DNA of 62,291 nucleotides, counting the filler, from Chiloscyllium plagiosum (Eukaryota), in assembly GCF_004010195.1 (NCBI RefSeq). It is 3 parts of one record of this genome, joined end to end, with 100 filler letters (N's around TTAATTAATTAA, not from the genome) between each part and the next. Parts side by side here need not be neighbours in the genome. Positions count along the whole stretch, not along the records: positions 1 to 31,842 come from NC_057713.1; 2 more parts are not named here. One strand, written 5' to 3'. Of this stretch, positions 1 to 11,279 are shown piece by piece. Under the pieces are notes generated by a model. The model did no database searches. It was given only the letters and a program-made list of their open reading frames with translations, and was not told the DNA's origin. Both the position numbers and the translations under genes were made by a program. Each line of letters starts with the position of its first letter. Position 1 is the stretch's first letter.

Positions 1-2624
1 GACTTTGATATCTAGCCATATTGAAAGAGGGTCCCCACAAACCCAATCACTTACGTAGGTCAAAAGCAAGCTTAATTGGTAATTTTTAAAGTCCGGAAGG
101 TCTACTCCCCCCAGTCTGTGACGCAACTGCAGTTTGGCTAATTTAATGAGGGGCCATTTACAGTGCCAGATAAAGGAGCTGAACCAACCGTTCAGTCTCC
201 TGAGTGTTTGTTTATTGAAAATCAGGGGGAGCATCCGTATAGGGTATAGCAAACGAGGGAGAATATTCATCTTAATAAGCACTATCTGACCCAATCATGA
301 GACTGGAAGTGCCTCCCATCTTTGGAGATTTTGTTGAATTTTTTCAAATAATTGAGTAAAATTGGCTTTGAACAGCCAATCCAGAACTGGAGTAATGAAT
401 ATGCCCAAATACACAAAGCCCCCCTGTAACCACTTAAATGGGAATCTATAGTCATTCTCAAGACCATCTTTCGTAAGACCATCCATAGGCACAGCCTCTG
501 ATTTAGCAAAATTAATCTTATACCCTGAAAAAGCGCCAAACACGTGAATGCATTGTATCAGGCAAGGCACTGAAACTGCTGGATTTGCCAAGAAAATTAG
601 AACATCATCTGCATACAGCGAGATCTTATGTAATTTTGACCCCACTTCTGGAGCTGATATATTGAGATCCCCACGAATGGCCTCTGCCAACGGTTCAATC
701 ACCAACATAAAAAGTAATGGTGAAAGGGGACAGCCCTGCCGGCTACCCCTAGAAATATTAAAATTGTTTGATCGTATCCCGTTGGTAATGACCGCAGCGA
801 GAGGTACACTTTAGAGAACCTTTATCCATCTTATGAAAACTTCGCCCAGACCAAACCGGTCTAGAGTATAGAAAAGGTACGGCCACTCAACTCGGTCAAA
901 TGCCTTCTCTGCATCTAAAGAAATCACCAATCCCTGCATTGACTGCTGTTGGCATGCTTGAATTACATTAAGCAGCCTCCTAACATTATTGGAGGATCTG
1001 CGACCCTTTATGAAGCTGTCTGATCCTCTTTAATAATAGAGGGTAACACAGTCTCCAGCCTTAAAGCAAGAGCCTTAGAAAGGATCGTAAAGTCCACATT
1101 TAAGAGCGAGGTGGGCCTGTATGAAGCACAGTCTTCCGGATCCTTCCCTTTTTTACGGATAAGTGAAATATTGGCCTCTCTCAGAGATGGTGGGAGACAA
1201 ACGTGACTGTATCCGGGCGCCTTTCCACTCTGAAGCTGCCTCACAGCTTCCTGGACTTCTTGCTCTGATAATGGGGCATTGAGAAAGGACTGTTGTTTGG
1301 GAGTCACACCCGGGAGCTTCAGATCTCTAAACAAGGATTCCATTTTGGCCTGCCCCTCCTCACAATTCTCAGATTGATATAATTTAGAGTAGAATCTCTG
1401 GAACACCACATTAATCTTTTTAGAATCACATGTTGGGTTCCCAGATCATTCCCTAATCGCTGTAATGGTTTGTGGGGCACTTCTCTTTCTGGCAAGGTAT
1501 GCTAAGTATTTGCCTGGCTTGTCACCATGCTCGTATAACCTTTGCTTTGCAAAAGCCAGCTCCTTCTTTGCCATCTGCGTGAGCACGGAAATTAGTGCAG
1601 ACCGCAGTGCTGTAATCCTCTGTAGTTTGACCAACGAGGGTCTGTCAAAATAGGCCTTCTCGGCTGCCTTCAACCATGCTTCAAGGAGATGTTGCTGCTC
1701 ACTCTTCTGCCATTTCCTACTTGTGGAATATGAAATAACTAACCTTCGGCTTTGGCAGTTTCCCAGAGAACAGATGAGCTATCAACCGAGCCTATGTTGA
1801 TGTCTAGGAATGCCTGAAATTCCCTAGAGAAATACTCCACAAACTTGCTGTCCATGAGAATAAAGGGGTCCATTCGCCATTACCTTGAATCCACTGTAAC
1901 ATCCTTAACTTTAACCATGAGGTACACTGGAGCATGATCAGAGATGGCAATATTACCAATCGTACAGGATGCCACCAGATCCAGGATTACCGCAGGGGTC
2001 AGAAAAAAATCAATCCTCGTGTGACATCTGTGCAGCTTGGAGAAAAACGTGAAATCCCTACCTGTAGGGTGGAGACACCTCCAGACGTCCACCAATCCTA
2101 ATTCCCCACACAAACCCAATAACTGTTTAGTTTGTGCAGAGGGTATCGAGGGACCTTTAGGCAACCTGTCTACTGTGGGGTCCATGAGGCAGTTAAAATC
2201 TCCCCCTATAATGATATGCCGAGACTTGAGACTTATCAGTTTAGAAAATGCATCTACCAAGAATTTAAGAGGATGAGCTGGGGGACAATAAACATTTAAA
2301 ATGCCATATTCTTCCCCATTTATCAAGGCTTTAAGAATTACACAATTTAAGAATGTCTTTAACACATTCCAACAATTTAAATGAGAGATTTTTCCTAACC
2401 AATATAGCCACTCCCCTACTTCTGGTATGAAATGATGAAAAATAAACTTGATCGAAGCCATTCTGATGTAATTTCAAATGCTCCTTGTCATCCAAATGTG
2501 TCTCCTGTAACAAAACAATATCCACCTTCTCCTTTCTAAGACTCAAGAGTACCTTCTTCCCCTTAATTGGTGAGTGACTTCCCTTGATATTCCAGGTACA
2601 CCATTTAATCAAATCATTAACCAT
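1..2624 (-). pseudogene. L1 ORF2 (APE endonuclease plus reverse transcriptase), disrupted
   Basis: EN motifs TWNIKG, LQETH, GGDFN, RIDFF and SDHAPV; RT motifs GKAPG, YRPTSLLNVD, RQGCPLSPLLF and SLYADD. Split over several frames by stops and frameshifts, with an apparent deletion after GKAPG. Confidence 0.92.
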
Positions 2625-2869
2625 AATCTTCTGCAATTACATTGAAATTCCAGAGAGGAGGAACCTGAACCACAAATTGCTGAGCCTTAGTGTCGCATGA
2701 TCCACCAAATATAAAAACTACATAAACTAAAACCACTACATTTAACAAACATACAAAATTATTAAAAATAAAAAACAACAAAAACCAGAAAACAAACCAA
2801 CATATAAAGCGCCAATAGCGCTGAGTAGGGGAACTCACCCCCTGCCCAGAGGAGGCAACTACCCATCCC

Positions 2870-2929
2870 GAAGGTGTTTGAGATGGTTAGATGCCTATTT
2901 ATAGGCATCTAACCATCTCAAACACCTTC
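2870..2929. repeat. Perfect 29-bp inverted repeat with a 2-nt loop in the L1 inter-ORF spacer
   Basis: gaaggtgtttgagatggttagatgcctat-tt-ataggcatctaaccatctcaaacaccttc. Confidence 0.95.
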
Positions 2930-3238
2930 ACTTCTCCCAGCTAGAGCCAAGCACAAGCTAAAAAGAATAAACACCCCATAGAATATCAATATGAATTTAA
3001 AAAACATTCTTTTATTAAAAAAAGGGAATAAATACCCCACCCATCCTTTGGTATGTCCTAATTTAGAAATTTAAAATGTACATCTTAACCACCGCCAGAC
3101 ATAGTTTGAACCAAATTATTATCAATAGAGGTAAAAAAAGGGAAAAACAAAGCTCCAACTGGATTTCCTCCATTTCTTTTACAGAATGATAAACGCATAC
3201 CCAAGCAACAATATTTATACATACTACAATTATTTAAC

Positions 3239-4054
3239 TTAGATTAGTTTGTCCACAAAGTCTCTTGCCTTCTCCGATGTGTCAAAGAGATGCATGGATC
3301 CATCTAAGGTGATCCGAAGCACTGCCGGATATCTCAGGGAGTACTGAATCCCAAGCTCCTTCAATCTTCTCTTGACACCATCATACGATTTTAGTTTCTG
3401 GATCGCCGCCGCTGAAAAGTCCTGAAAAAACATGATCTTAGACCCCTCGTAAGTTAGGGCCTTTGGATCCTTCCCCTGGAGTCTGGAAGCCTCCATGACT
3501 CTCTCCTTATCCCGGTAATGATGGAACCGCACCAGGAAAGGATGAGGGCGTTGACCCAGACCCGATCTCCGTGCTGCGACCCAGTGAGCCCTCTCTATCT
3601 TCAATCCTCTCATGCCAGTCTCCAAGTCAAGGAATTTCGGAAGCCAATCTTCAATAAATTCAGCAGGCCGCTCACCTTCCTTACCCTCAGGCAGACCGAT
3701 GATCCGAATGTTTTTTTTCCTGCCCCTGTTTTCAAGATCATCCACTTGGTCATGCAAATTATGAACCTGGGTCTTCAGGGCTTGGATCTCTTCCTTGAAT
3801 GAACTGGCATCAGCTTCCACCGCGGTGACCCCGTACTCCACCTCATCCGTCCTCTTCTCCAGGTCTCCCAGCTGCTGCTCATGCTTCTGCAGCATGAGAG
3901 AGACTGGAGCCAGCTTATCTTCAATCTGTTTCCCCAACATCTCGTGAGATTTCGAGAGCTGGTTCACCAGGTCCTGGTGAGTAATCTGCTCTGAGGCTGC
4001 TGCAGGCTGAGCTGCAGGCCCGGCCTCAGATGCTCCTCCTCCCTTTTTAGGCAT
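3239..4054 (-). CDS. L1 ORF1p (coiled-coil, RRM and CTD), open frame of 271 aa from the ATG at 4054
   Basis: Heptad region followed by DDLENRGRKKNIRIIGLPEGKE, IERAHW, LVRFHHYRDKERVM, FFQDFS and YSLRYPAVLRI, all typical of vertebrate L1 ORF1. No internal stop. Confidence 0.9.
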   Translation of the reverse strand: MPKKGGGASEAGPAAQPAAASEQITHQDLVNQLSKSHEMLGKQIEDKLAPVSLMLQKHEQQLGDLEKRTDEVEYGVTAVEADASSFKEEIQALKTQVHNLHDQVDDLENRGRKKNIRIIGLPEGKEGERPAEFIEDWLPKFLDLETGMRGLKIERAHWVAARRSGLGQRPHPFLVRFHHYRDKERVMEASRLQGKDPKALTYEGSKIMFFQDFSAAAIQKLKSYDGVKRRLKELGIQYSLRYPAVLRITLDGSMHLFDTSEKARDFVDKLI

Positions 4055-4237
4055 TTCTGGACAGCTGAAAATACAGATGTCAATTTTTAAATGTTTCTTG
4101 GGGTTCCACAATCTTTCCAACACCCCAAAAAATCCTGATGACCTGGGTTGGGTGGGTTAAAGGACTGTCCTGCTCCTGCTGCGATGCGAAGCTCTGCAGT
4201 GTGATCTTCTCAGATCACCGCCATCTTAGATCCCCCT

Positions 4238-5255
4238 CAGTGTGTTTATCGATGGAGTTCTGGTTAGAATGCCATGTCTCTAAGAATTCTTCTCTGTGTC
4301 TTTGTTTTGCCTGTTCTAGGATGTGTGTGTTGTCCAAATCAAAGTCTTTGTCTATATGTATGGAAACTAGCGATAGTGGGTCATGTCTTTTGGTGGCCAG
4401 TTGGTGTTCATGTATCCTGGTGGCACGTTTCCTGTTAGTTTGTCTGATGTAGGTGTTTGCATGGTATCTTGTAAATGACGTTAGTTTTGCTGATGGTATG
4501 TATTGGATCCTTTAGGTTCATTAGTCGCTGCTTAAGTGTGTTGGTAGGTTTTTTTTAGATTAGATTACATTACAGTGTGGAAACAGGCCCTTCGGCCCAA
4601 CAAGTCCACACCGACCCGCCGAAGCGAAACCCACCCATACCCCTATATTTACCCCTTACCTAACACTACAAGCAATTTAGTATGGCCAATTCACCTGACC
4701 CTGCACATCTTTGTGACTGTGGGAGGAAACTGGAGCACCCAGAGGAAACCCACGCAGACACGGGGAGAACGTGCAAACTCCACACAGTCAGTCGCCTGAG
4801 GCGGGAATTGAACCCGGGTCTCTGGCGCTGCGAGGCAACAGTGCTAACCACTGTGCCACCGTGCCGCCCATGGTTTCTAGGCTACCATGATACCAGGGGG
4901 TCTGAGTAGTCTGGAAGTCATTTCTGATCTGCCTTTGTTGTAAGATCATGTGGCTATAGCTTTTGGTTGTGTTGTGTCTGCTTTTTCAAGTTTGTTTCTG
5001 CAGAATTGGCAGATTGTTTATTAGGTACCAGTTTTTCTTGAAAACATTGTATAGATATTTTTCTTCTGCTTTTTGTAGTTCTTGGGTGCTGCAGTGTGAT
5101 GTAACTCATTGAAATGATGCAGCTGCATCAAGACATAGAGAGGCGGGACATACTACCAGCACAGCACCAGAGACGCTCACTGATGATGTTACCTAGTACG
5201 GTGACAAAACATCTGAAAACAAACCTTCAAGCTCAGCAAGCCAACTTACATACCT
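4238..5255 (-). mobile_element. Penelope-like element remnant (GIY-YIG endonuclease region) with an inverted terminal segment, interrupted by a SINE
   Basis: Minus-strand translation of ~4240-4455 gives TYIRQTNRKRATRIHEHQLATKRHDPLSLVSIH...EFLETWHS, a degenerate GIY-YIG of Penelope type. Plus-strand 5160-5255 resembles a Penelope pLTR with a CTGATGA core. Confidence 0.75.
4553..4870 (-). mobile_element. HE1-type tRNA-derived SINE
   Basis: Minus strand GGCGGCACGGTGGCACAGTGGTTAGCACTG (A box) ... GGTTCAATTCC (B box), ending in a (AATCT)n tail. Confidence 0.9.
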
Positions 5256-5289
5256 AAACTGAGAGGATTAGCAATGAAGTTGAAAAGTA

Positions 5290-5960
5290 GGATTGCACAG
5301 GGAGACAAGGTAGCTCAAGTGACGATCCACAAAATTTAGAACCTGAAATTGGGGTATCACATTTAGAGTCATCTAAATACAGATAGAAATTAAAGATCTT
5401 GAGTTGGAATAGAAACAGAAAATGAGGGACAGGGAATGAAGAAAATTTGAAATGGAAAGGGAGAAAAAAATAGAGGGAGATGGATTTTTTAAAAAAAACT
5501 TGGCTCCAAAAGGCATAAGGATATGAGGGAACATGAATTGGCCGTGGACCAGCTTACAGCAAAGGAAGAAAGAAAGAATCAGTAGCTCAGGAGGATATTT
5601 CTTTTTCTGATAAGGGATTTGATTTAATCAAAAATCTATGCTTCATGCCTAAATTTAATGAGGATGGAGTCAAATGGTATTTTATCTCCTTTGAGAATCC
5701 AATTGGATAGATGAAGAGGCCTAGAGATTGTTGAACCTTAATGGAAGAATGTTTTAATAGGTACAACTATTATTGGTATTTTATCAAACTGGGATACACA
5801 ATCTATGATTGTTATGAAACTGTCAAACCAGCAAACATCATTGCCTGTGAGCTAGTGCCTGAAGCTTATCAATTAAAATTTACAATGACAAAAAAGAAAT
5901 TTAATTAATGTTGCAAGGGAAAAAAATGGATGGGATAAGTGGTTTAGATCACATAAATTA
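5290..5960 (+). mobile_element. Degenerate Gmr1/Gypsy gag (SCAN-associated) fragment
   Basis: Translates piecewise to MPKFNEDGVKWYFISFE and ACELVPEAYQLKF, similar to the gag at 20.5-20.8 kb (ACELVLEVYRQQF). Confidence 0.6.
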
Positions 5961-5989
5961 GAGGAAATCTTTTGAGTGTGTAGGAAAAT

Positions 5990-7600
5990 TGTGACAATTG
6001 AAGAATTCAGAAATAGCACTGAACCCACTTCCCAGCAACATCAGTAATTTGCCCTCAATTCCATAGACTTCCACCTTAGTTAACAGTCTCTTATGTGGGA
6101 CTTTTATCAAATGCTTTCTGGAAGTCAATGTAAACGACATCAATAGGCTAACTTAGCCACCTCTTCAAAAACTTAAATGAGGTTTATCAGGCACGCCCAA
6201 ATCGTCATGAATCCATGTTGGCTTTCCCTGATTAACTGAAAACTTTCAAGGTGTTCAGTTACCCCATGCTTGATTATAGGCTCCAATAATTTCCCATTAT
6301 TAGGATAACTGGTCTGTAACTCCCTAGTTTTCTTCTTTTGTGAAGAAGAATGTTGTGAGCACATTTCTTCCAGGAGCATGCTTTACTCTCATCACCACTG
6401 AAAGAAACTCCATAGAGTCTGGTATCCCGTCACTGAGTCTCCATTTACTTACATGTGGAGAGTCCTTGACGTTGATCTAGCTTCCTCAGTGCCAACTCTG
6501 AGTGAGCAGAACCTCACCGGGACTATCTCAGACACCTCCTCGGATGCTGTCTGACCTGCTGAGCTTTCCCCGCACCACACTCTCAACTCTGATCTGCAGT
6601 CCTTGCTTTCTCCATAAGAAATAGGCCAGTCAGTCCATCGAGTCTGCTCATTCAATGAGACCACAGCGGATTTGATAATCCTCAATCTCACTTTCCTGCC
6701 TTTTCCCTATAACTCTATTCCCTTACAGATTAGAACAAATTTATCTTGAATATACTTAACAACCCAGCCTCAACAGCCATCTACAGTAAAGAATTCCACA
6801 GATTCACCAATTTCTGAGAGAAGAAATTCTTTCTCAAGTGTCTTAAATGTGTGGCCCTTTATTCTGAGATAGAATCGTAGAATCCCTACAGTGTGGAAAC
6901 AGGCCATTTGGCCCTAGTCTATACTGACCCGCTAAAGAGTAACTCACCCATACTCATTCCCCTATCCTACTGCTCTACATTTCCCCAGACTAATGCACAA
7001 AACTACACATCCCTGAAACACTATGGGCAATTTAGCATGGTCAATTCATCTAAGCTGCACATCTTTGGAATGTGGGAGGAAACCCACACAGACACTGAGA
7101 GAACATGCAAACTTCACACAGACAGTAACTCAAGGCTGAATCAAACCCAGGTCCCTGGCGCGGAGAGACAACAGTGCCAACTACTGAGCCAAGGTGCTGC
7201 CTACAGAAAGATCATACCTTCTGGTCCTAGACTCTCTCACAAAGGGATGGGGGAGTAATTTTCCTGCATCTACCCTGTCAGGTTTCTGAACAATCCTGAA
7301 TGCCTCAATTAATGTCACCTCTCATTCTAATGAATACAAACACCACCTCTCCTCATAAGACAGTCCCTCCATAATTGGTATCTGCCTAATGAACCTTCTC
7401 TGGAGTACCTCAGATACTAATCCTTCCCTCGATAAGGGGACCAAAACGGTGCACAGTATTCTAATTGGAATCCAACTAGTGCCTTGTAGTTTTAGCAAAA
7501 CCTACCAACATATACATTCCATTCCGTTTGAAATTAAGGCTGACATTCCAGTTGCCTTCCCTGTTACCCACTGAACATGGATACTAGCTTTCTGAGATTC
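5990..7600 (-). mobile_element. Cluster of CR1 LINE fragments with a HE1 SINE (~6870-7200) and a Penelope-derived short element (~6540-6610)
   Basis: RT-like peptides (IRESQHGF, KVPHKRLL) on the minus strand, CR1 3' UTR sequence, and a SINE body similar to 4553-4870. Confidence 0.7.
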
Positions 7601-8406
7601 TTGCGTTCAAACACAAAAGACTAGACTGCAGGCTTTCTTTCCAAAAGAATGTCAGTGGATTTTTATATCTATGTATTAGCCTCATGCTCACCATTACTGA
7701 TATTATCTTTTTATTCCAAATTATTCAATTAGCTGAAATCAATTCTCAAACCATGGCACAATATAGATTCGAGTCACAGACTGATAAACTACTTAACCAC
7801 TATGCTACCAGAAGCTAGTGACTGAAGTACACTAGAGGACTGCCTTAGGACCATTTACTTTCGTGTATGCATCACAAACAAGATTTCCTAGGCAGTAGAT
7901 AGTAAAATCGGAGTTGCTCAAATTCAGAAGTTGTCTCTAATGAAATTAGGCCAGTTAACAAGGTGATGCATTGAGAAATGGAACTTTGGTTTCAGTAGTT
8001 TGTGCATTACAGGGTAAACACCTGGAAACTCCATAGTCTTCTGAAGGTACAGCGTACATTTTGAGGAAAGGGTTGGACTCGATAAGACAGGAGATGGCTC
8101 AAAATAAACTAAACTTGTGAAAGCAAGAGACTGATAAAGTTGGTCTAGAGAAATTCTCCACATGGAAAAAAAAATACAACCACAAAGAACATAACAAATA
8201 GGAGATTGAGGCTGCGCTAATTCAAAGAAAAACATATTAAATTGCTGCAAAAGATGGTTGAAGTAAACAGAAGATGGGTTCAAAGATGACCAGATTGTGT
8301 TTTTCCAGAAAATGCATGAACACAGCTTTGGTGACTGTTCAACCCCAAATATGTTCAGAAACTCAAATTACAAGCAGTAAGGCCAAAAATATTATTTTAT
8401 GTATAT

Positions 8407-8412
8407 TTTATT
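8407..8412 (-). promoter_or_regulatory. RNMT: Candidate RNMT polyadenylation signal
   Basis: AATAAA on the minus strand ~390 nt after the stop, at the end of a repeat-free AT-rich 3'UTR-like stretch. Confidence 0.45.
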
Positions 8413-8800
8413 TTGTAATATGATTGACAAGTGTCAACTTTCTAACATCATTTTTTGAACTTGGTCATCCTAAAAGTAAAAAGTACAATATTCAAAAATG
8501 TTTTAAACAAAAATATATACTTATAAGTAAAACAAAAACAAGTATTGAATAAAGAATGTTAACAAAAAAGAACATTCCAGCAAGACTGCTTCTTGTAAAT
8601 CCAACACTGGCCCACCAAGGACTGCAATTTGAATCCACTATCTCCGAGATATCTTCCTGATTTCACTGGTATAAACATCAATCTTAAAATACAGTACTTC
8701 AAAGCAGTTTCAAACAACTGCTATAATTAAGTCCACTCGAGCTTCTTTTCTTTAGGTACCAAAGAAGATTGCAGTGAGAAATGGAGGTTTGTTTGTCTTC

Positions 8801-8838
8801 TTATAGCAGCTTTTCAAATGCAAACACCAAGTAAATAC
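8801..8838 (-). CDS. RNMT: RNMT last coding exon
   Basis: ttcttctcag|GT ATT TAC TTG GTG TTT GCA TTT GAA AAG CTG CTA TAA = (S)IYLVFAFEKLL*, matching the vertebrate RNMT C-terminus IYLVFAFEKQQ. Phase fits the exon at 15042-15075. Confidence 0.93.
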
Positions 8839-9639
8839 CTGAGAAGAAAGCATGCAACAAAAATGGATTATTGTGACTCTAATGTCAACACATTTTCAGA
8901 TTCAAATGAAACAGAAGGAAAATGGATGTCTATATTTTGAAAAATAGGTTACTCTATTACTGTTACACCATAATGGGACTATGAAACACGAATCCAAACA
9001 ATGGAGGCAGGTTGGGATTGAGCATAAAAAGGAAAGCATTTGCATTTACATTGTACTTTTCACGTGTGGACTTCTCAAACTTTACAGCCAAGTAGGTGCT
9101 TATGAAGAAGAGTCATTGTTACAGTAGTTAAAAAGATGGCATAGTGGTAACGTCACAAAAACAGAAATTGTTGGAAAAGCTCAGCAGGTCTCGCAGCAAC
9201 TGTGGACAGAAATCAGAGTTAACGTTTTGGATGAAGTGACCCTTTCTCAGAACGCCAATACCCCAGACAGACACTAGTTGGTGGAATTTAAATTCAAATT
9301 AATAAACAAATCTGGAATAATAAAGCGGTCTCAGTGTTGTCAATAAAAAAACTCCATCTCATTCACTAATAACCTTCCAGGAAGGAAATCAACACATGAT
9401 GCCAGAAGTAGGGCAATATAGTTAACACTTTAATATCTTCTAAAATGGCCAAGCAAGCCACTCCGTTCAACAAATGTCAGAGATGCCCACATCCTACCAA
9501 AGACTATTTAAAAAATTAAGATGTCAGATTAAGGAATAAGACATCGATGGTTATCGCTACCAAAAACATTTTATTCAACTACCTATTGATTTTCAACAAA
9601 AGAAAACCTACAGCCATTCACAGCCTCTCACTACTCAAA

Positions 9640-9960
9640 CTTTTTTAAAGCCAATGAAGTACCCTATTAAGAATAGTCACTGTTGTGAGAAATATTTGAG
9701 CTAATTTGTACAAATCAACAAGCCACAAAAACCAACACGGTAATGATCATATGTTTTTCTTTGTGATGTTGGTAAAGGAATAAATATGGCCAGGACATCA
9801 GAGAAGTCCCATGCTCTTCTTGAAAACAAAATGTGCTATCCACCTTGGTATAATATCTCACTCAAAAGATGACACTTCCTACACAGAAAACTCCCTCATA
9901 ACAGTACTGCATCAGAATACCAAATTGATATTGGTGCTCATGTCTCTGAAGTGGGTTTTA
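9640..9960 (-). mobile_element. DeuSINE (SacSINE1-like), degenerate
   Basis: Reverse complement resembles the copy at 53230-53665 (GCAGTACTG..GAGGGAG, GTCCTGGCCATATTTATTCC). Confidence 0.55.
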
Positions 9961-10771
9961 AACACACACAGCCACAGCCAGCTGATGAACAACTTGTCAC
10001 TTTCCTTAAAATACGTCAATGTAAAAATGAAAACAAAAAGTGAAGGAAACACAATTGGAATGAGCTGGTCAGTCAGATATCAAACTGGTCAACGTGCACT
10101 TGTCAAATGTCTTCATAGAATCAAAGAATAATTATGGTAGTCAAGGAGGGCATTCAGCCCATCACGTTCATTCGGGGTCTCTTTGACCTAATCACACTTC
10201 TTTCCAAAAGCCCTACAAATTTCTCTACTCTTCAGATAAATAAGAAACTCCATTTCAAAAGCTAAGATATTATCTGCTTCCAATACACTCAGGCAGTGCA
10301 TTCCAAATCCTAACATCCTGAGTGAGTTTCTTTCATGTCACCGTTGCTTCGCTTGCTAATTATCCTGCTGGTTTTCTGTCCTTTACCCAATAGAAACCAG
10401 TGGCTAGACACCTCAATTTTAAGCACATCTATTTTATCTCCTTTCAATTGTTTGTTCCCCAACAAGAATACCCCAGACAATCTAACCATGTACCTAAAGT
10501 CTCTCAGGCCTTGGATCATTTTAATAGATTTCCAGTTGAGGCTGACCTTTTATAAAGGTTCAGCATAGCTTCTTTGCTTTGGCACTCTGCCTCCACCTAT
10601 TAAACCTAGGATTTCCTAAACCTTATTAACCACATTCTCAATCTGCCCTGCCACTTCTAACATTTATGCACACTTACCCACAAATCAAACAGCTCCTGCA
10701 TTCTCGCAAGATTTGTATCCTTTACTTTATGTTGTGTTTTCACAATGTTAACAGCAAAACATCCTTCAACA

Positions 10772-10895
10772 GGACTGGGAGGAGAGTGCAGCAGGTCAGT
10801 ATCACTGTGTAACAGACTGGGAGGGGTGTGCAGCAGGTCAGTGTCACTGTGTAACAGACTGGGAGGGGTGTGCAGCAGGTCAGAGTCACTGTGAA
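10772..10895. repeat. 42-nt minisatellite, ~3 copies
   Basis: Unit gactgggaggggtgtgcagcaggtcagtgtcactgtgtaaca. Confidence 0.9.
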
Positions 10896-11279
10896 GTGGT
10901 CTTCGGGAGCAGACCTGGTGAGGGGCCCAGGACATAAAGGATAAAGATTTATTTTCTTGTCTACGGACTCCTAACTTGACAAGAAGCCAGGTGGAGCAGC
11001 AGTACAGCAAATATGGGAATGAATAGCGACTGCAGTTTCCCACTAAAAGCCTGAGGGACATGGTCCAGATCGAGTTCAGTCAGGTCAGCAGCTACACCCC
11101 TAAAGTGACCCTGCCAGGATTTGGAAAGACTGACAACAGTGACATCAGCACAAAGCAGCGAACTGATTGGCAATTAGTGAGGAAGTTGTTTTCATCCACT
11201 TTAAGGAAAAGAGTTCAAGCTTCTTTCCAAAACAATTTTCTACTTGGCTTAAATTTAGGAAAGGAGTTTGTTTTAAACT

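Larger units (their letters stand above)
1..4236 (-). mobile_element. LINE-1 (L1 clade) retrotransposon, 5'-complete, running off the left edge of the window
   Basis: Minus strand starts GGGGGATCTAAGATGGCG (YY1-type L1 5' start), followed by a ~180 nt 5'UTR, ORF1, an inter-ORF spacer and EN/RT-encoding ORF2 fragments. Confidence 0.93.

Noticed and set aside
4780..4870. tRNA gene
   Set aside because: The A/B boxes are the head of a HE1 SINE repeated about ten times in the window; there is no complete cloverleaf.
10772..10895. CRISPR-like repeat array
   Set aside because: Head-to-tail repeats with no unique spacers, in a vertebrate context with no cas genes.
10657..11061. 134-aa ORF with repeated HSDTDLLHTPPSLL
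   Set aside because: It is the translation of a 42-nt minisatellite, with no splice or homology support.
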